Shown: positions 41,403-50,921, counted from the first letter of the stretch. The stretch: 64,000 bases of DNA from Minisyncoccota bacterium (GCA_041659845.1 JBAZXM010000003.1:4641-68640); one strand, 5' to 3'. The notes: generated by a model from the sequence alone, not told the origin. A program made the numbers and translations.

Positions 41403-42071
41403 ATGTTTTTCGCGAATCACATTTATTTTCTAAGTGCTACAATCTTCTCTATTCTTTGGCTTGTATTATTTATCATAAACAAGAAAAATAGAAAACAAAT
41501 GGTTTTAATAGGACTACTACTAATGATTGGTGCGCCTTTTGCCGAACAAATGCATTTTACTGATTGGTGGCATCCACATTTTATTTTCAATTCATTTATT
41601 ACAATCGAAGACTTACTTTTCGGATTCAGTGTCGGAGGGGTTATTTCAGCAGTTTATTCTCTTTTAAATTCTCGAATTAAAGATGATTTTATCTTACCAA
41701 TAAATCTAACAGGTAAAATCCTCACTACCACCGCATTTCTTTTCTCAGTTTTCGGATTATTTTATATTTTCCATATTCACTCTTTTATATCTTCAATTAT
41801 TGCCTTATCTATTCCGGTTATTATTGTTGGCTATTACAATAAAAAATCTTTAATACCCATATTCTTAACAGGTATGTTTATGACCGTATTTGCCTTGGCT
41901 GGGTATCTTTTTTCAATTTATCTAAATCCTAATTTTGTTAAAGAAACATATTTACTTAATCATTTATCCAAAATATTAATACTTGGAATACCGATTGAGG
42001 AATTACTATGGTTCTTCTTTGCAGGTATGGGGGTATCTGCTTTTCAGAAAATTATTTGGAGTGAAAAATAG
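41403..42071 (+). CDS. hypothetical polytopic membrane protein
   Basis: 222 aa, 6-7 TM. Confidence 0.5.
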   Translation: MFFANHIYFLSATIFSILWLVLFIINKKNRKQMVLIGLLLMIGAPFAEQMHFTDWWHPHFIFNSFITIEDLLFGFSVGGVISAVYSLLNSRIKDDFILPINLTGKILTTTAFLFSVFGLFYIFHIHSFISSIIALSIPVIIVGYYNKKSLIPIFLTGMFMTVFALAGYLFSIYLNPNFVKETYLLNHLSKILILGIPIEELLWFFFAGMGVSAFQKIIWSEK

Positions 42072-42077
42072 AAAGAT

Positions 42078-42114
42078 AAAAAGGCTAGCTCATTTTTTGA
42101 GCTAGCCTTTTGGC
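42078..42114. terminator. bidirectional rho-independent terminator (AAGGCTAGCTCA-TTTTT-TGAGCTAGCCTT)
   Basis: Perfect 12-bp stem. Confidence 0.8.
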
Positions 42115-42130
42115 TTCCATCACAGGAAAA

Positions 42131-42646
42131 TTATTTTTGACTCTCTTTTATTTTTTCTCTTACCTCTCTGAGAGCATCCCTGACAGCTAGATACTTTTCT
42201 TCATCTGCAAATTCGGGATCAAAACCAAGACCAACAACCTGTTCACTAATTCTTTTCTTTTCATCATTAAATCCCAAATTACGCAGCGAGATGGAATTAT
42301 TGAAATGTTCTTTATCAAACTCAAACAGAATAATAATATTGTTCCAATATTTAAGTTTTAATTCATCAAAATATTCATGATGAATTATTTTAATTTCTCT
42401 TAAAAAAAGGCCGGTTCCCGGATAGTCTATGCTTTTGTAGAAATTATCCCTAAGCTGTTCATTTAAAAAAACAATGGTCTCTTCTAGTTGTATGGAAAAA
42501 AGAATGACCCCTTGTTTTTCTGCCTTTAGTCTTAGTGTAAGATCTTCAATTTCTTTATTGAATGCTAACTGTTTGACGGTTCTTTGTTTTAAAAATTTTA
42601 CTAGATTTTTAATCTTTTGAATTGATTTTAATTGAATTGTTTCCAT
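42131..42646 (-). CDS. hypothetical protein
   Basis: 171-aa ORF. Confidence 0.5.
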   Translation of the reverse strand: METIQLKSIQKIKNLVKFLKQRTVKQLAFNKEIEDLTLRLKAEKQGVILFSIQLEETIVFLNEQLRDNFYKSIDYPGTGLFLREIKIIHHEYFDELKLKYWNNIIILFEFDKEHFNNSISLRNLGFNDEKKRISEQVVGLGFDPEFADEEKYLAVRDALREVREKIKESQK

Positions 42647-42720
42647 TATTTAAGTTTTTAAAGGTTAAACATTTTTTTGTTTAATCCGAACTGGATTGAA
42701 AGAAACATAACATATAGATA

Positions 42721-42749
42721 TTGACAAGTCAATGAATCATTGGTAGATT
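42721..42749 (+). promoter_or_regulatory. promoter with palindromic -35 region (TTGACAAGTCAA-TGAATcaTTGG-TAGATT), copy 2
   Basis: Same element as at 40923. Confidence 0.5.
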
Positions 42750-42791
42750 TGGGTAAATTCACCCAGTTCCCACAATCTAAAATTAAATAAA

Positions 42792-42968
42792 ATGAGAAAA
42801 AATGTAAAAAATATCACATTAAATGAATTGTGTGGCAAAAAAGTTATTGACGAGAAAGCCACCAATGAGAAAACCGAAGCTAAGGAAAATTCTGATCATG
42901 AAGAAGATAATGATTGGGCAGAAAGAGAAGCACATAGCATAATAGCGATGTCGATTAAATCCAGATGA
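42792..42968 (+). CDS. 58-aa acidic small protein
   Basis: Hand translation gives MRKNVKNITLNELCGKKVIDEKATNEKTEAKENSDHEEDNDWAEREAHSIIAMSIKSR, followed by a terminator at 42983. The antisense track ORF 42819..43019 is rejected. Confidence 0.4.
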   Translation: MRKNVKNITLNELCGKKVIDEKATNEKTEAKENSDHEEDNDWAEREAHSIIAMSIKSR

Positions 42969-42982
42969 AGACCTAAAACTAA

Positions 42983-43006
42983 AACCTGCTTTGGCGGGTT
43001 TTTTAT
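42983..43006 (+). terminator. rho-independent terminator (CCTGC-TTTG-GCGGG + T6)
   Basis: Short stem followed by a T-run. Confidence 0.5.
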
Positions 43007-43068
43007 TTCCCATTGTCAAAATTCCAAAAATCGGCTAGAATCCTTAAATACTAATAAATTCTAGATAT

Positions 43069-43647
43069 ATGTCATTACTTGAATACAGTGAAATTAAAGA
43101 AAGAAAAATAGTCATTTATGAGGACGAGCCGTATGAAGTGCTTGAATCGCACGTCGCCCGTACTCAGCAGAGAAAGCCGCAAAATCAGGTCAAAATGCGA
43201 AGCTTGATAAATGGCCGAGCTGTGAATGTCACCTTCCGCTCATCCGATACGGTAGAGGAAGCTGATGTTAATAAAAAGGAAATCAAATTCCTCTACCACA
43301 ACCGCGGAGAGTACTGGTTCGCAGACCCGACTGATCCAAAAAGTCGCTTCCAGCTAAGTGCTAACCTTTTAGGTGATCAAACCAGATTCTTGAAAGACAA
43401 CATGCTCTTAAACGCGCTTGTGTTTGAATACAATGATGAGGAGAAAATTATCGGTCTTAAACTCCCGATCAAAATGGAATTCATCGTCAAAGATGCTCCA
43501 CCTGCAATCAAAGGCAATACCGCCCAAGGCGGAAACAAATTAGTAACGCTCGAAAACGGAGCAACCGTAAACGTTCCCCTCTTCATCGAGGCCGGTAATA
43601 AAATTGTAGTCAATACAGAAACAGGAGATTATGTCGAGCGAGCGTAG
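43069..43647 (+). CDS. efp: elongation factor P
   Basis: 192 aa of EF-P family with KOW-like N-terminus and two OB domains. Confidence 0.9.
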   Translation: MSLLEYSEIKERKIVIYEDEPYEVLESHVARTQQRKPQNQVKMRSLINGRAVNVTFRSSDTVEEADVNKKEIKFLYHNRGEYWFADPTDPKSRFQLSANLLGDQTRFLKDNMLLNALVFEYNDEEKIIGLKLPIKMEFIVKDAPPAIKGNTAQGGNKLVTLENGATVNVPLFIEAGNKIVVNTETGDYVERA

Positions 43648-43709
43648 GCGAACGAAGATCCTGAGCCGACCACGGTGAGGGTAAGAACGAGCGAATTAAA
43701 GACTAAATA

Positions 43710-43742
43710 AAAAAAACCACCCTCATTGGGTGGTTTTTTTTA
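43710..43742. terminator. bidirectional rho-independent terminator (CCACCC-TCATT-GGGTGG)
   Basis: Flanked by A8 and T9, between efp and rpsR. Confidence 0.75.
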
Positions 43743-43743
43743 T

Positions 43744-43944
43744 TTATCGAGCGATGAATGGGAGCAAACCCATGAATCGCGCATATTTAACTGCTAGAGA
43801 AAGCTTGCGCTGATTCTTCGCAGATACGCCTGTACGCTTACGTGAAAGTATGCGAGCGTTCGGATTTAAAAACTTCTTTAGAAGTTCTATGTCCTTGTAG
43901 TCGATATGTTTAATGTTGTTTGTTGAAAAAAAATCTTGTTTCAT
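43744..43944 (-). CDS. rpsR: 30S ribosomal protein S18
   Basis: 66 aa with the S18 signature (RILSRKRTGVSAKNQRKL..AVKYARFMGLLP). Confidence 0.9.
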   Translation of the reverse strand: MKQDFFSTNNIKHIDYKDIELLKKFLNPNARILSRKRTGVSAKNQRKLSLAVKYARFMGLLPFIAR

Positions 43945-43947
43945 AAT

Positions 43948-44394
43948 TTAGAATGGAATATCTTCCGGGTTAATGTCTTCATCTGGGTACTCGATAGATT
44001 CGAGCTCAGGAGCTTGCTGGATGTCTGCCGGCTTCTGCTCATAAGAGCTTCCGCCTGGTGCACCGCCTGTACGCGGACCGAACTGGATACGATCAGCGAC
44101 GATCTCTGTGCGGTAGCGCTTCTGACCATCTGCACCATCCCAGCTCCTCGTCTGCATTCGTCCTTCGACGAGAGCTGATGCCCCCTTCTTCAAGTACTGC
44201 GCTGCGATTTCAGCTTGTCTGCCGAAAACCACAATATTATGATAATCTGCAGCTTCCTTTTTTGCGCCACTCTGATCCTTCCAGACGCGATTTGTGGCAA
44301 GGCTCATTGTCGTTACTTTAATGCCAGACGGAAGAGATTTAAGCTCTGGGTCGCGAGTAAGATTGCCGATAACTAATGCTTTGTTTAAATACAT
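43948..44394 (-). CDS. ssb: single-stranded DNA-binding protein
   Basis: OB-fold N-terminus and acidic C-terminal tail ending DIPF. Confidence 0.9.
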   Translation of the reverse strand: MYLNKALVIGNLTRDPELKSLPSGIKVTTMSLATNRVWKDQSGAKKEAADYHNIVVFGRQAEIAAQYLKKGASALVEGRMQTRSWDGADGQKRYRTEIVADRIQFGPRTGGAPGGSSYEQKPADIQQAPELESIEYPDEDINPEDIPF

Positions 44395-44428
44395 AATAAT
44401 GATGAGTTAATGATATATACCTATCGTA

Positions 44429-44896
44429 TTACTCGGTGACGAGCGCGTCAATCTCTTTATCGACTGCCACTTCATCCATCTGCCCTGCAATTTCTTCCTT
44501 CGGCTCAAACTTCTTGCGAGCGCCTTCAGTGCGAGTGGCTTGGCGCTTCGGCATATAAGTGTTCTCTCGAACAGTCTTAATGATGAGCGAACGAATAATT
44601 TTGACATTAGCCTCGACTGCCTTCTTAAATTCAAGAAGAGTCTCAGGTGTAAGTTCAAATTTAAGCCAGCCGAAATATCCTTCAGAAAATTTCTGCTTCT
44701 TGTTTGCGACCATCTTTTCCATATCGTACGCCAAATCGATTATGCGTGGAGTTTCACCAGTTATCATCACGCCACCAAGCGATATGATCAAATCTTTGAC
44801 TGCCTGCTCCTCTCCAGCGACTTGCTCTTCAGCAATAGACGGGACGAGAATATAGGAAATCTCATAGACTTTATTGTCTTTAATTTCTTTTTCCAT
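44429..44896 (-). CDS. rpsF: 30S ribosomal protein S6 (with C-terminal extension)
   Basis: S6 family N-terminal ~95 aa; rpsF-ssb-rpsR gene order. Confidence 0.85.
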   Translation of the reverse strand: MEKEIKDNKVYEISYILVPSIAEEQVAGEEQAVKDLIISLGGVMITGETPRIIDLAYDMEKMVANKKQKFSEGYFGWLKFELTPETLLEFKKAVEANVKIIRSLIIKTVRENTYMPKRQATRTEGARKKFEPKEEIAGQMDEVAVDKEIDALVTE

Positions 44897-45037
44897 GCGT
44901 TTAATAGTTCAGGACAAAAATGCCCTATAAAAAATAATAAATTAGACCAGCTACGGACCTTGCGACACAAGTGCAAATGCACGGTGTCGAACTGGTGCTA
45001 CGCCATCTAATCTAGCAGATTAAAGGATTTTTGTCAA
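44897..45037 (-). promoter_or_regulatory. rpsF promoter (TTGACA-17-TAGATT at 45009-45037) and structured 5' leader, candidate S6:S18-binding rpsF-leader element
   Basis: -35 is RC of tgtcaa at 45032-45037 and -10 is RC of aatcta at 45009-45014. About 110 nt of leader with complementary segments. Confidence 0.4.
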
Positions 45038-45058
45038 AAAATATATTCTAAATATCTT

Positions 45059-48000
45059 TTAAGGTATTATTGGTTCAGGATTAGAAATTGGTGCTGGGTC
45101 GGGAGTGGGAGCAGGATCAGATTCCTCAATTGGAGGAGTGATTGGGTCTGGCACAGGGTCAGAAATTGGTGCAGGATCAGGAGTTGGTGCAGGGTCCGGG
45201 GCTGGAGATGGATCTTGATAAGATTGATTAGTATTACAATCACCCGCTGTTTGAGAGAGTGATCCGTTTTTTATTTTTATACAATATAAAGTTCCAGTAT
45301 CTTCATCTTTGAGTTCAATCTTATCAAATGTTCCCTTTTGTGCGGTAATTGTATTCGCAATCAATTCCTGCACCCTCACAACCCCATTCACAATCTTCTC
45401 CTCAGTACTAAATAGATAATCCATGATGAGTTTCTTCAGAGTTGAGGAACCTGTTCCATCATCGAGAGTTTCAAGACCCTTGAGACGGAGATCCAGTGCT
45501 TGCACTGAACCCATGAGTAAGCCGTTGACTGAAACTTGATCGATGGAATTGCCTTGCATAAATAGCGGATCGACTTCGTCAGCAATGAATCCGAGGTGAG
45601 CTTTAGAAAGAGGGTTATCAGTACCGTAGCCTTGTACTTCTTTGATGTAACGGAACATTCTTAGTGGTGCAGAAACAACTTTATCAAGAGCTTGCGATGG
45701 ATCTGTGTATGGGGTGATGTCTTGTTTGGTATCTCTGGTTGATGTTTGATCTCCCACAACTACGCCTGCTGTGTCATTGGCATTCGTTGGAGCGGCGGTG
45801 TGTATGCGGAGCTTGCCGGCTGCGTCTTGCCATGTATAACCTGCGGTGCCAGTATTACTTTGAAAGTTGATGGAGCCTGCGCCGGGAGTAGCGTTGGTGT
45901 TGCGGCCGAGGGTGAGGACTGGGCCGGCGGCGCCGGAGCCGAAGTCGTTGTTGGCAAATGTAATATCGCCTGTATTTGTAATTCGCATTCTTTCAATCAA
46001 AGTTCCTCCTGTTGCTGTTGAGAAGTATATTGACCCTGCATTTTCAGCTGTTCCAAAATTTTCTAGCCCTATTCTGGCTGTATTCACAGGAGTAGTTGCT
46101 CCAACCCACCAGTTCAAGCCGTTCAAATCTGCTCCGTTAGATATAGCGTCTGAGTTAGACCAGAATTCCATTACTGGAAGAACAGAGTTGGCATTAGTTA
46201 TAGTAATACCCCTAAATCCTGCACCTGCTTTGATTGGAGTAGTGGTCCCGATACCCAAATTCCCCGTACTCCCCTGCACAAACAGAGAAGAAGTTCCGGA
46301 GGAATTCGTGAAGTTCGCAGTAGATCTGTGAATAGTATAAGTTTCTCCGGTTACTCCGGCTGTGAATGCAGGAGTGATTGTGAATGACGTACCTGTTGCT
46401 GTTGTGACTATTGCACGAGCTTGGCCAGTGGTGGTGGTAGGGATAATGTAATCGCCTGCGTTTAGGGTGACACTAGATGATGTGGTGAATGTGGTAGCTG
46501 TGTCTACTGCGGTCATTGTGACAGCTCCGCTGGATGTAGTACCTCCGAGTGTTTGGAGTTGAGCGGTAGGAGTGGTGGTGCCGATGCCGACGTTGCCGGC
46601 AGAATCTATTCGCATTCTTTCTGTACCTGTATTCGTTCCTGTTGGGGTGGTATAAAACATCAAACGACCAGGCATACTACCAACCCCCGGCACTCCATCA
46701 ACTGATGAACGAATCAATGCTGATTGTTGAAAAGTTACACCATCAGAACCTTGAAATTCTAATTCACCAATATTGTCAGCATTATTGACTATCGTTTGTC
46801 CGCCCTTAGTTGCCGAACGAGAAAATTGAAGTTTTAAACGAGAACTTCCGTTAGTATTACTAAAAAAACCTAAACGTAAAGCTCTAGTAGCACTAGTGTT
46901 TGATTGAATATCAAGAATTTCTGTCGGTGCTGTTGTACCGATGCCCATATTCCCTGCACTATCTATTCTCATTCTCTCAGTCAAAACACTTGGCGAAGCA
47001 TCAGTAGCTGTCGAAAAAGAGACATTTGTTGGAACTCTGTCAGTTCCTATCGTACCTTCCGCGGCGAAGTCAATCGAGCCCATTTGCTTAAAATTAGTTC
47101 CGTCATATCCTTCTGCAACAAAAGATGTCAACCTATCCCCAGTAACTATTGTTGTCGGAATTGCTTCTGTGCCTCTGGCTTTTCTTCCAAGAAAAATAGA
47201 GCCAAGTGTATTAGTAGAATATTGAGCAGACATTATACCTCGAACCGCCACTGCTGTAGTTTCTGAAACATGAATTTTTGATAATGGTGCTGTCGTGCCA
47301 ATACCAACATTCCCCATGATATTCATTCCCCCTTGGTAGATGTTGTTTAGAGAAATTGCAATGTAGTCGGTTTTGCCGGAGGTCATGACGCGATTGCCTG
47401 TTCCTGTGTTGGAGACGGCGACGAACATGCCGTTGCCATAAGTAATGCCTTCCCAAATATTGTCAGCAACGCTAGTGCGCGTTACCCATGTAATACCATC
47501 AGGTGAAGTCATGACGCGGTTGCCTGTGCCAGAAGCACCTATTGCAACAAACAGACCGTTACCATATGTAATACCAAACCAACTGTTGTCCGCTGCACTT
47601 GTTCTACTTGTCCATGTGATGCCGTCCGGTGAGGTCATGACGCGGTCGGAGGTGCCGGTGTTTGAAACCGCCACAAAGAGACCGTTACCATAGGTTACTG
47701 CAATCCAGTTGTTATCTACTGCACTTGTTCTACTTGTCCATGTAATACCATCAGGTGAAGTCATGACGCGGTTGCCGGAGCCGGTAGTAGATACCGCAAC
47801 AAACAATCCATTGCCGTAGGTGACACCAAGCCAGCTATTATCCGCTGCGCTTGTGCGGGATGTCCACGTAATGCCGTCAGGTGAGGTCATGACGCGGTTG
47901 CCGGAGCCGGTAGAAGCCACTGCAACAAAAAGTCCGTTACTGTAAGTGACATCACGCCAGGTATTATCTGCTGCACTTGTGCGGGATGTCCAGGTGATGC

Positions 48001-48448
48001 CGTCAGGTGAGGTCATGACGCGGTTGCTAGTGCCATCAGCAGAGATCGCAACAAAAAGTCCGTTGCCGTAAGTAATGCCAACCCATTGATTATCTACAGC
48101 ACTTGTACGAATAGTCCAGTTGATGCCATCAGGTGAAGTCATGACGCGGTTTCCGGAGCCAGTACCTGCTACCGCTACAAAAAGTCCATTTCCATAAGCC
48201 ACATTATTCCACTCATTATCCGCTGCGCTGGTGCGTGAAGTCCAGCTCGTACCCTTGGAAAGAGTATTACTGACATCTACAGTGCAGTCTACTGATCCCG
48301 GGGTACAATTGGGATCTAGTGTTTGACCAGGAGAGAATGATGCTAGGAGTTGTAATCCTGAGGAGAAGATCGCAAATGAAGCAAGCGAAACGATAAGAAT
48401 GGAGTTTCGTTTGAAAAAGAGTTTGGTATGTTTAAAAATAGTTGACAT
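45059..48448 (-). CDS. large secreted protein with eight BNR/Asp-box beta-propeller repeats, Thr/Gly-rich middle, C-terminal intramolecular-chaperone (peptidase S74, phage tail-fibre type) domain and Pro-rich tail
   Basis: Eight copies of MTSPDGITWTSRTSAADNxWxGVTYGNGLFVAV (SxDxGxTW Asp-box). The C-terminal block TRDTKQDITPY..LRMFRYIKEVQGYGTD..AHLGFIADEV..LDLRLKGLE resembles endosialidase-chaperone domains. Tail is PAPDPAPTPDP. Confidence 0.7.
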   Translation of the reverse strand: MSTIFKHTKLFFKRNSILIVSLASFAIFSSGLQLLASFSPGQTLDPNCTPGSVDCTVDVSNTLSKGTSWTSRTSAADNEWNNVAYGNGLFVAVAGTGSGNRVMTSPDGINWTIRTSAVDNQWVGITYGNGLFVAISADGTSNRVMTSPDGITWTSRTSAADNTWRDVTYSNGLFVAVASTGSGNRVMTSPDGITWTSRTSAADNSWLGVTYGNGLFVAVSTTGSGNRVMTSPDGITWTSRTSAVDNNWIAVTYGNGLFVAVSNTGTSDRVMTSPDGITWTSRTSAADNSWFGITYGNGLFVAIGASGTGNRVMTSPDGITWVTRTSVADNIWEGITYGNGMFVAVSNTGTGNRVMTSGKTDYIAISLNNIYQGGMNIMGNVGIGTTAPLSKIHVSETTAVAVRGIMSAQYSTNTLGSIFLGRKARGTEAIPTTIVTGDRLTSFVAEGYDGTNFKQMGSIDFAAEGTIGTDRVPTNVSFSTATDASPSVLTERMRIDSAGNMGIGTTAPTEILDIQSNTSATRALRLGFFSNTNGSSRLKLQFSRSATKGGQTIVNNADNIGELEFQGSDGVTFQQSALIRSSVDGVPGVGSMPGRLMFYTTPTGTNTGTERMRIDSAGNVGIGTTTPTAQLQTLGGTTSSGAVTMTAVDTATTFTTSSSVTLNAGDYIIPTTTTGQARAIVTTATGTSFTITPAFTAGVTGETYTIHRSTANFTNSSGTSSLFVQGSTGNLGIGTTTPIKAGAGFRGITITNANSVLPVMEFWSNSDAISNGADLNGLNWWVGATTPVNTARIGLENFGTAENAGSIYFSTATGGTLIERMRITNTGDITFANNDFGSGAAGPVLTLGRNTNATPGAGSINFQSNTGTAGYTWQDAAGKLRIHTAAPTNANDTAGVVVGDQTSTRDTKQDITPYTDPSQALDKVVSAPLRMFRYIKEVQGYGTDNPLSKAHLGFIADEVDPLFMQGNSIDQVSVNGLLMGSVQALDLRLKGLETLDDGTGSSTLKKLIMDYLFSTEEKIVNGVVRVQELIANTITAQKGTFDKIELKDEDTGTLYCIKIKNGSLSQTAGDCNTNQSYQDPSPAPDPAPTPDPAPISDPVPDPITPPIEESDPAPTPDPAPISNPEPIIP

Positions 48449-48508
48449 ATAGATATGGTAGACGGATTTCACATCCACTATACACCGTAATATTATATAA
48501 TTTTTTAT

Positions 48509-49351
48509 TCAGTCAAACAAGGATATCTTAAAAAGTTTCTGTGAATTCTCAACCATAGCCTGACGGACCATTTCTAAATCTTCCCTGCGGATTTCGGCAA
48601 TCTTTTTAACAACTTCGGTGACATATTCAGGACTGTTGCGCTTGCCACGATAGGGTACGGGGGCAGCGAACGGAGCATCGGTTTCGGAAAGTATATTTTC
48701 AAGCGGAAGCATTTTGATTACATCGTCATAATCGCGAGCGAAAGTTATCACTCCGGGGAATGACATAGTAAATCCAAGCGCGAGAAAGCGCTTAGCGATC
48801 GTGATATCCCCAACAAAGAAATGGGCATTGCCCGGCGGTAAAATCTTTATTTTTTCTGCACTCCCTAATTCGTCATTCGTAATTCGTAATTTATAATTCT
48901 CCAGTATCTCCAGCGTATCTTCATATGCATCCATAGTTCCCTTCGAGGGGCGACAATGGAGCATCAACGGCTTACTAGATTGTACAGAGATGGCTACATG
49001 CTCGCGGAATAATTTCTTTTGGCGTTCTTTTTCCGCTTCGATATTTTCTGTGAGTCTGAAATAATCCAGCCCGCACTCTCCTATGCAGACAACTTTCGGA
49101 TGCATAGTCATTTTTTCATACACCTCGCGGTTAAAAACTTCTTCTCGGTTATCCACTGGATGCATGCCGATACCTGCGAAAAGATTTTTATATTTTTCCG
49201 CAAGCGCTATCGCGCGCTCTGAACTTTCACGATCAACGCCGATAGTGATCGTCCCGATATTTTTCTCTTTGAGATTTTTAATCACATCTTCTCTGTCCAG
49301 ATCATATTCGGATAAGTTGAGGTGTGAATGGGAATCGAAATATTCAAACAT
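48509..49351 (-). CDS. tatD: TatD-family metal-dependent deoxyribonuclease/hydrolase
   Basis: DSHSHL, GECGLDY and ETDAPF motifs. Start trimmed to MFEYFDSHSHL (track ORF 48509..49435). Confidence 0.85.
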   Translation of the reverse strand: MFEYFDSHSHLNLSEYDLDREDVIKNLKEKNIGTITIGVDRESSERAIALAEKYKNLFAGIGMHPVDNREEVFNREVYEKMTMHPKVVCIGECGLDYFRLTENIEAEKERQKKLFREHVAISVQSSKPLMLHCRPSKGTMDAYEDTLEILENYKLRITNDELGSAEKIKILPPGNAHFFVGDITIAKRFLALGFTMSFPGVITFARDYDDVIKMLPLENILSETDAPFAAPVPYRGKRNSPEYVTEVVKKIAEIRREDLEMVRQAMVENSQKLFKISLFD

Positions 49352-49352
49352 A

Positions 49353-50906
49353 TTATTCAATTCGGCGGAACAAAGGCTCAGTGAGCTCTTTTGTCTTAAA
49401 TGAAATAAGTTCTTTGTTTTCATCGAGTGTAACACCTAGTAGATCTTTTATTTTTTTACTCGTATCCGGCATTGCAGGTTCAATCATGAGAGCGACATAG
49501 TTAAGCCCATACATTAAAGCCCACAGCACTTGGGCGGTTTTTTCTTTGTCGTCTTTTATTAATTTATAAGGCTCGTAGTCACTAACATAATGATCGAGAG
49601 CGGAAATAAGCTCCCACACCACATCAAGCGCTTTATTTATCTCATATGCTTCCATGGCATCCTGATATTTGGGAATAAAAATATGATTCACTGCATACGA
49701 AACGCTCCAGCCTTCGATTTTTTCCTTTTCAGTAATGCCTGAGATGTGATTGTTCATAGGCACGGAGACATCACTTTCCTTTTTCAGCACCCCATCGAAA
49801 TAAGTGTTAATCATTTTCAAACTGCGAGAAACCAGATTTCCGAGCCCGTTTGCTAAATTGGCATTGTATGCCTCGATGAATTTTTCTCGGGTGAAATCGC
49901 TATCAGCAAAAGGGTTCACTTCCCTACCCAGGAAATATCGTACTGCATCAATTCCGAATTCTTTTATATACTCTTTCGGATCGACCACATTGCCTATGGA
50001 CTTGGACATTTTCTTGCCATCAGAAGTCAAAAATCCGTGTACTAAAATTTCTTCCGGCAATGGGAGTCCGGCTGAAATGAGCATCGCCGGCCAAATCGCC
50101 GCATGAAAGCGCAAAATGTCTTTGCCTATGACATGCGCCTGTGCCGGCCAAAATTTTTTAAAATTTTCATCATCGTCCGTTCCATAACCGAGCGCAGTGA
50201 TGTAATTTGAAAGCGCATCACACCATACATACATAAGCTGACTATCATCTCCCGGGACCGGAATACCCCAGAGCACAGACTCCTTTTTTCTAGAGAAAGA
50301 GACATCTTCCAAGCCTTCATTTAGAAGCGCTAGGATTTCATTGCGAGCGGAAAGCGGAGTAATTAAAAGCTCTTTGCTTTCGATTTTTTCTTTGATTTCA
50401 TCTGTGTATCTGGAAAGCTTGAAAAAATAATTTTCTTCTTCTACTATCTCCGGGGCTTTGTTGTGATCTGGACACAATCCATCTACAAGTTCTTTCTCGG
50501 TATAGAATTTCTCACAGCCGACACAGTAAAGGCCGACATAAATTTTCTTATATATATCTCCAGATTCTACGAGTTTTTTCCACAACAGCTCTACTCCTGG
50601 CCAATGATTTTTCTTGCTAGACGTCCGCACAAAAAAGTCGTAGGAGATATTGAGCATTTCATCCAACTCTTTGAATGATTCAGCTTTTTTATCGACAAAT
50701 GCCTTAGTGCTTATTCCGACATCCTTAGCGGCGCGAGCTATCTTCATGCCATGCTCGTCCATGCCAGTTGTAAAATACACATCCATACCCTTTATGCGAC
50801 GATGACGAGCTATCACATCGGCAAAAAATAATTCATAAGCAAAGCCGATATGAGGGTTGGCATTAGGATACGCTATTGCTGTAGTGATGTAAAAAGTATT
50901 TTTCAT
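49353..50906 (-). CDS. metG: methionyl-tRNA synthetase
   Basis: HIGH-region variant (PNANPHIGFAYE), KMSKS and Zn-knuckle CVGCEKF..CPDH. Confidence 0.9.
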   Translation of the reverse strand: MKNTFYITTAIAYPNANPHIGFAYELFFADVIARHRRIKGMDVYFTTGMDEHGMKIARAAKDVGISTKAFVDKKAESFKELDEMLNISYDFFVRTSSKKNHWPGVELLWKKLVESGDIYKKIYVGLYCVGCEKFYTEKELVDGLCPDHNKAPEIVEEENYFFKLSRYTDEIKEKIESKELLITPLSARNEILALLNEGLEDVSFSRKKESVLWGIPVPGDDSQLMYVWCDALSNYITALGYGTDDDENFKKFWPAQAHVIGKDILRFHAAIWPAMLISAGLPLPEEILVHGFLTSDGKKMSKSIGNVVDPKEYIKEFGIDAVRYFLGREVNPFADSDFTREKFIEAYNANLANGLGNLVSRSLKMINTYFDGVLKKESDVSVPMNNHISGITEKEKIEGWSVSYAVNHIFIPKYQDAMEAYEINKALDVVWELISALDHYVSDYEPYKLIKDDKEKTAQVLWALMYGLNYVALMIEPAMPDTSKKIKDLLGVTLDENKELISFKTKELTEPLFRRIE

Positions 50907-50921
50907 GCTGAATATGTGAAA

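Noticed and set aside
42819-43019. 66-aa minus-strand ORF
   Set aside because: Overlaps the plus-strand 58-aa gene and its terminator. It has no promoter of its own and its stop is immediately downstream.
44950-45030. Possible tRNA or SRP-RNA fragment, based on TGTCGAACTGGTG and AAGGTCCG
   Set aside because: No acceptor/T-arm cloverleaf can be drawn. The SRP domain IV consensus is not matched. The better explanation is the rpsF mRNA leader.
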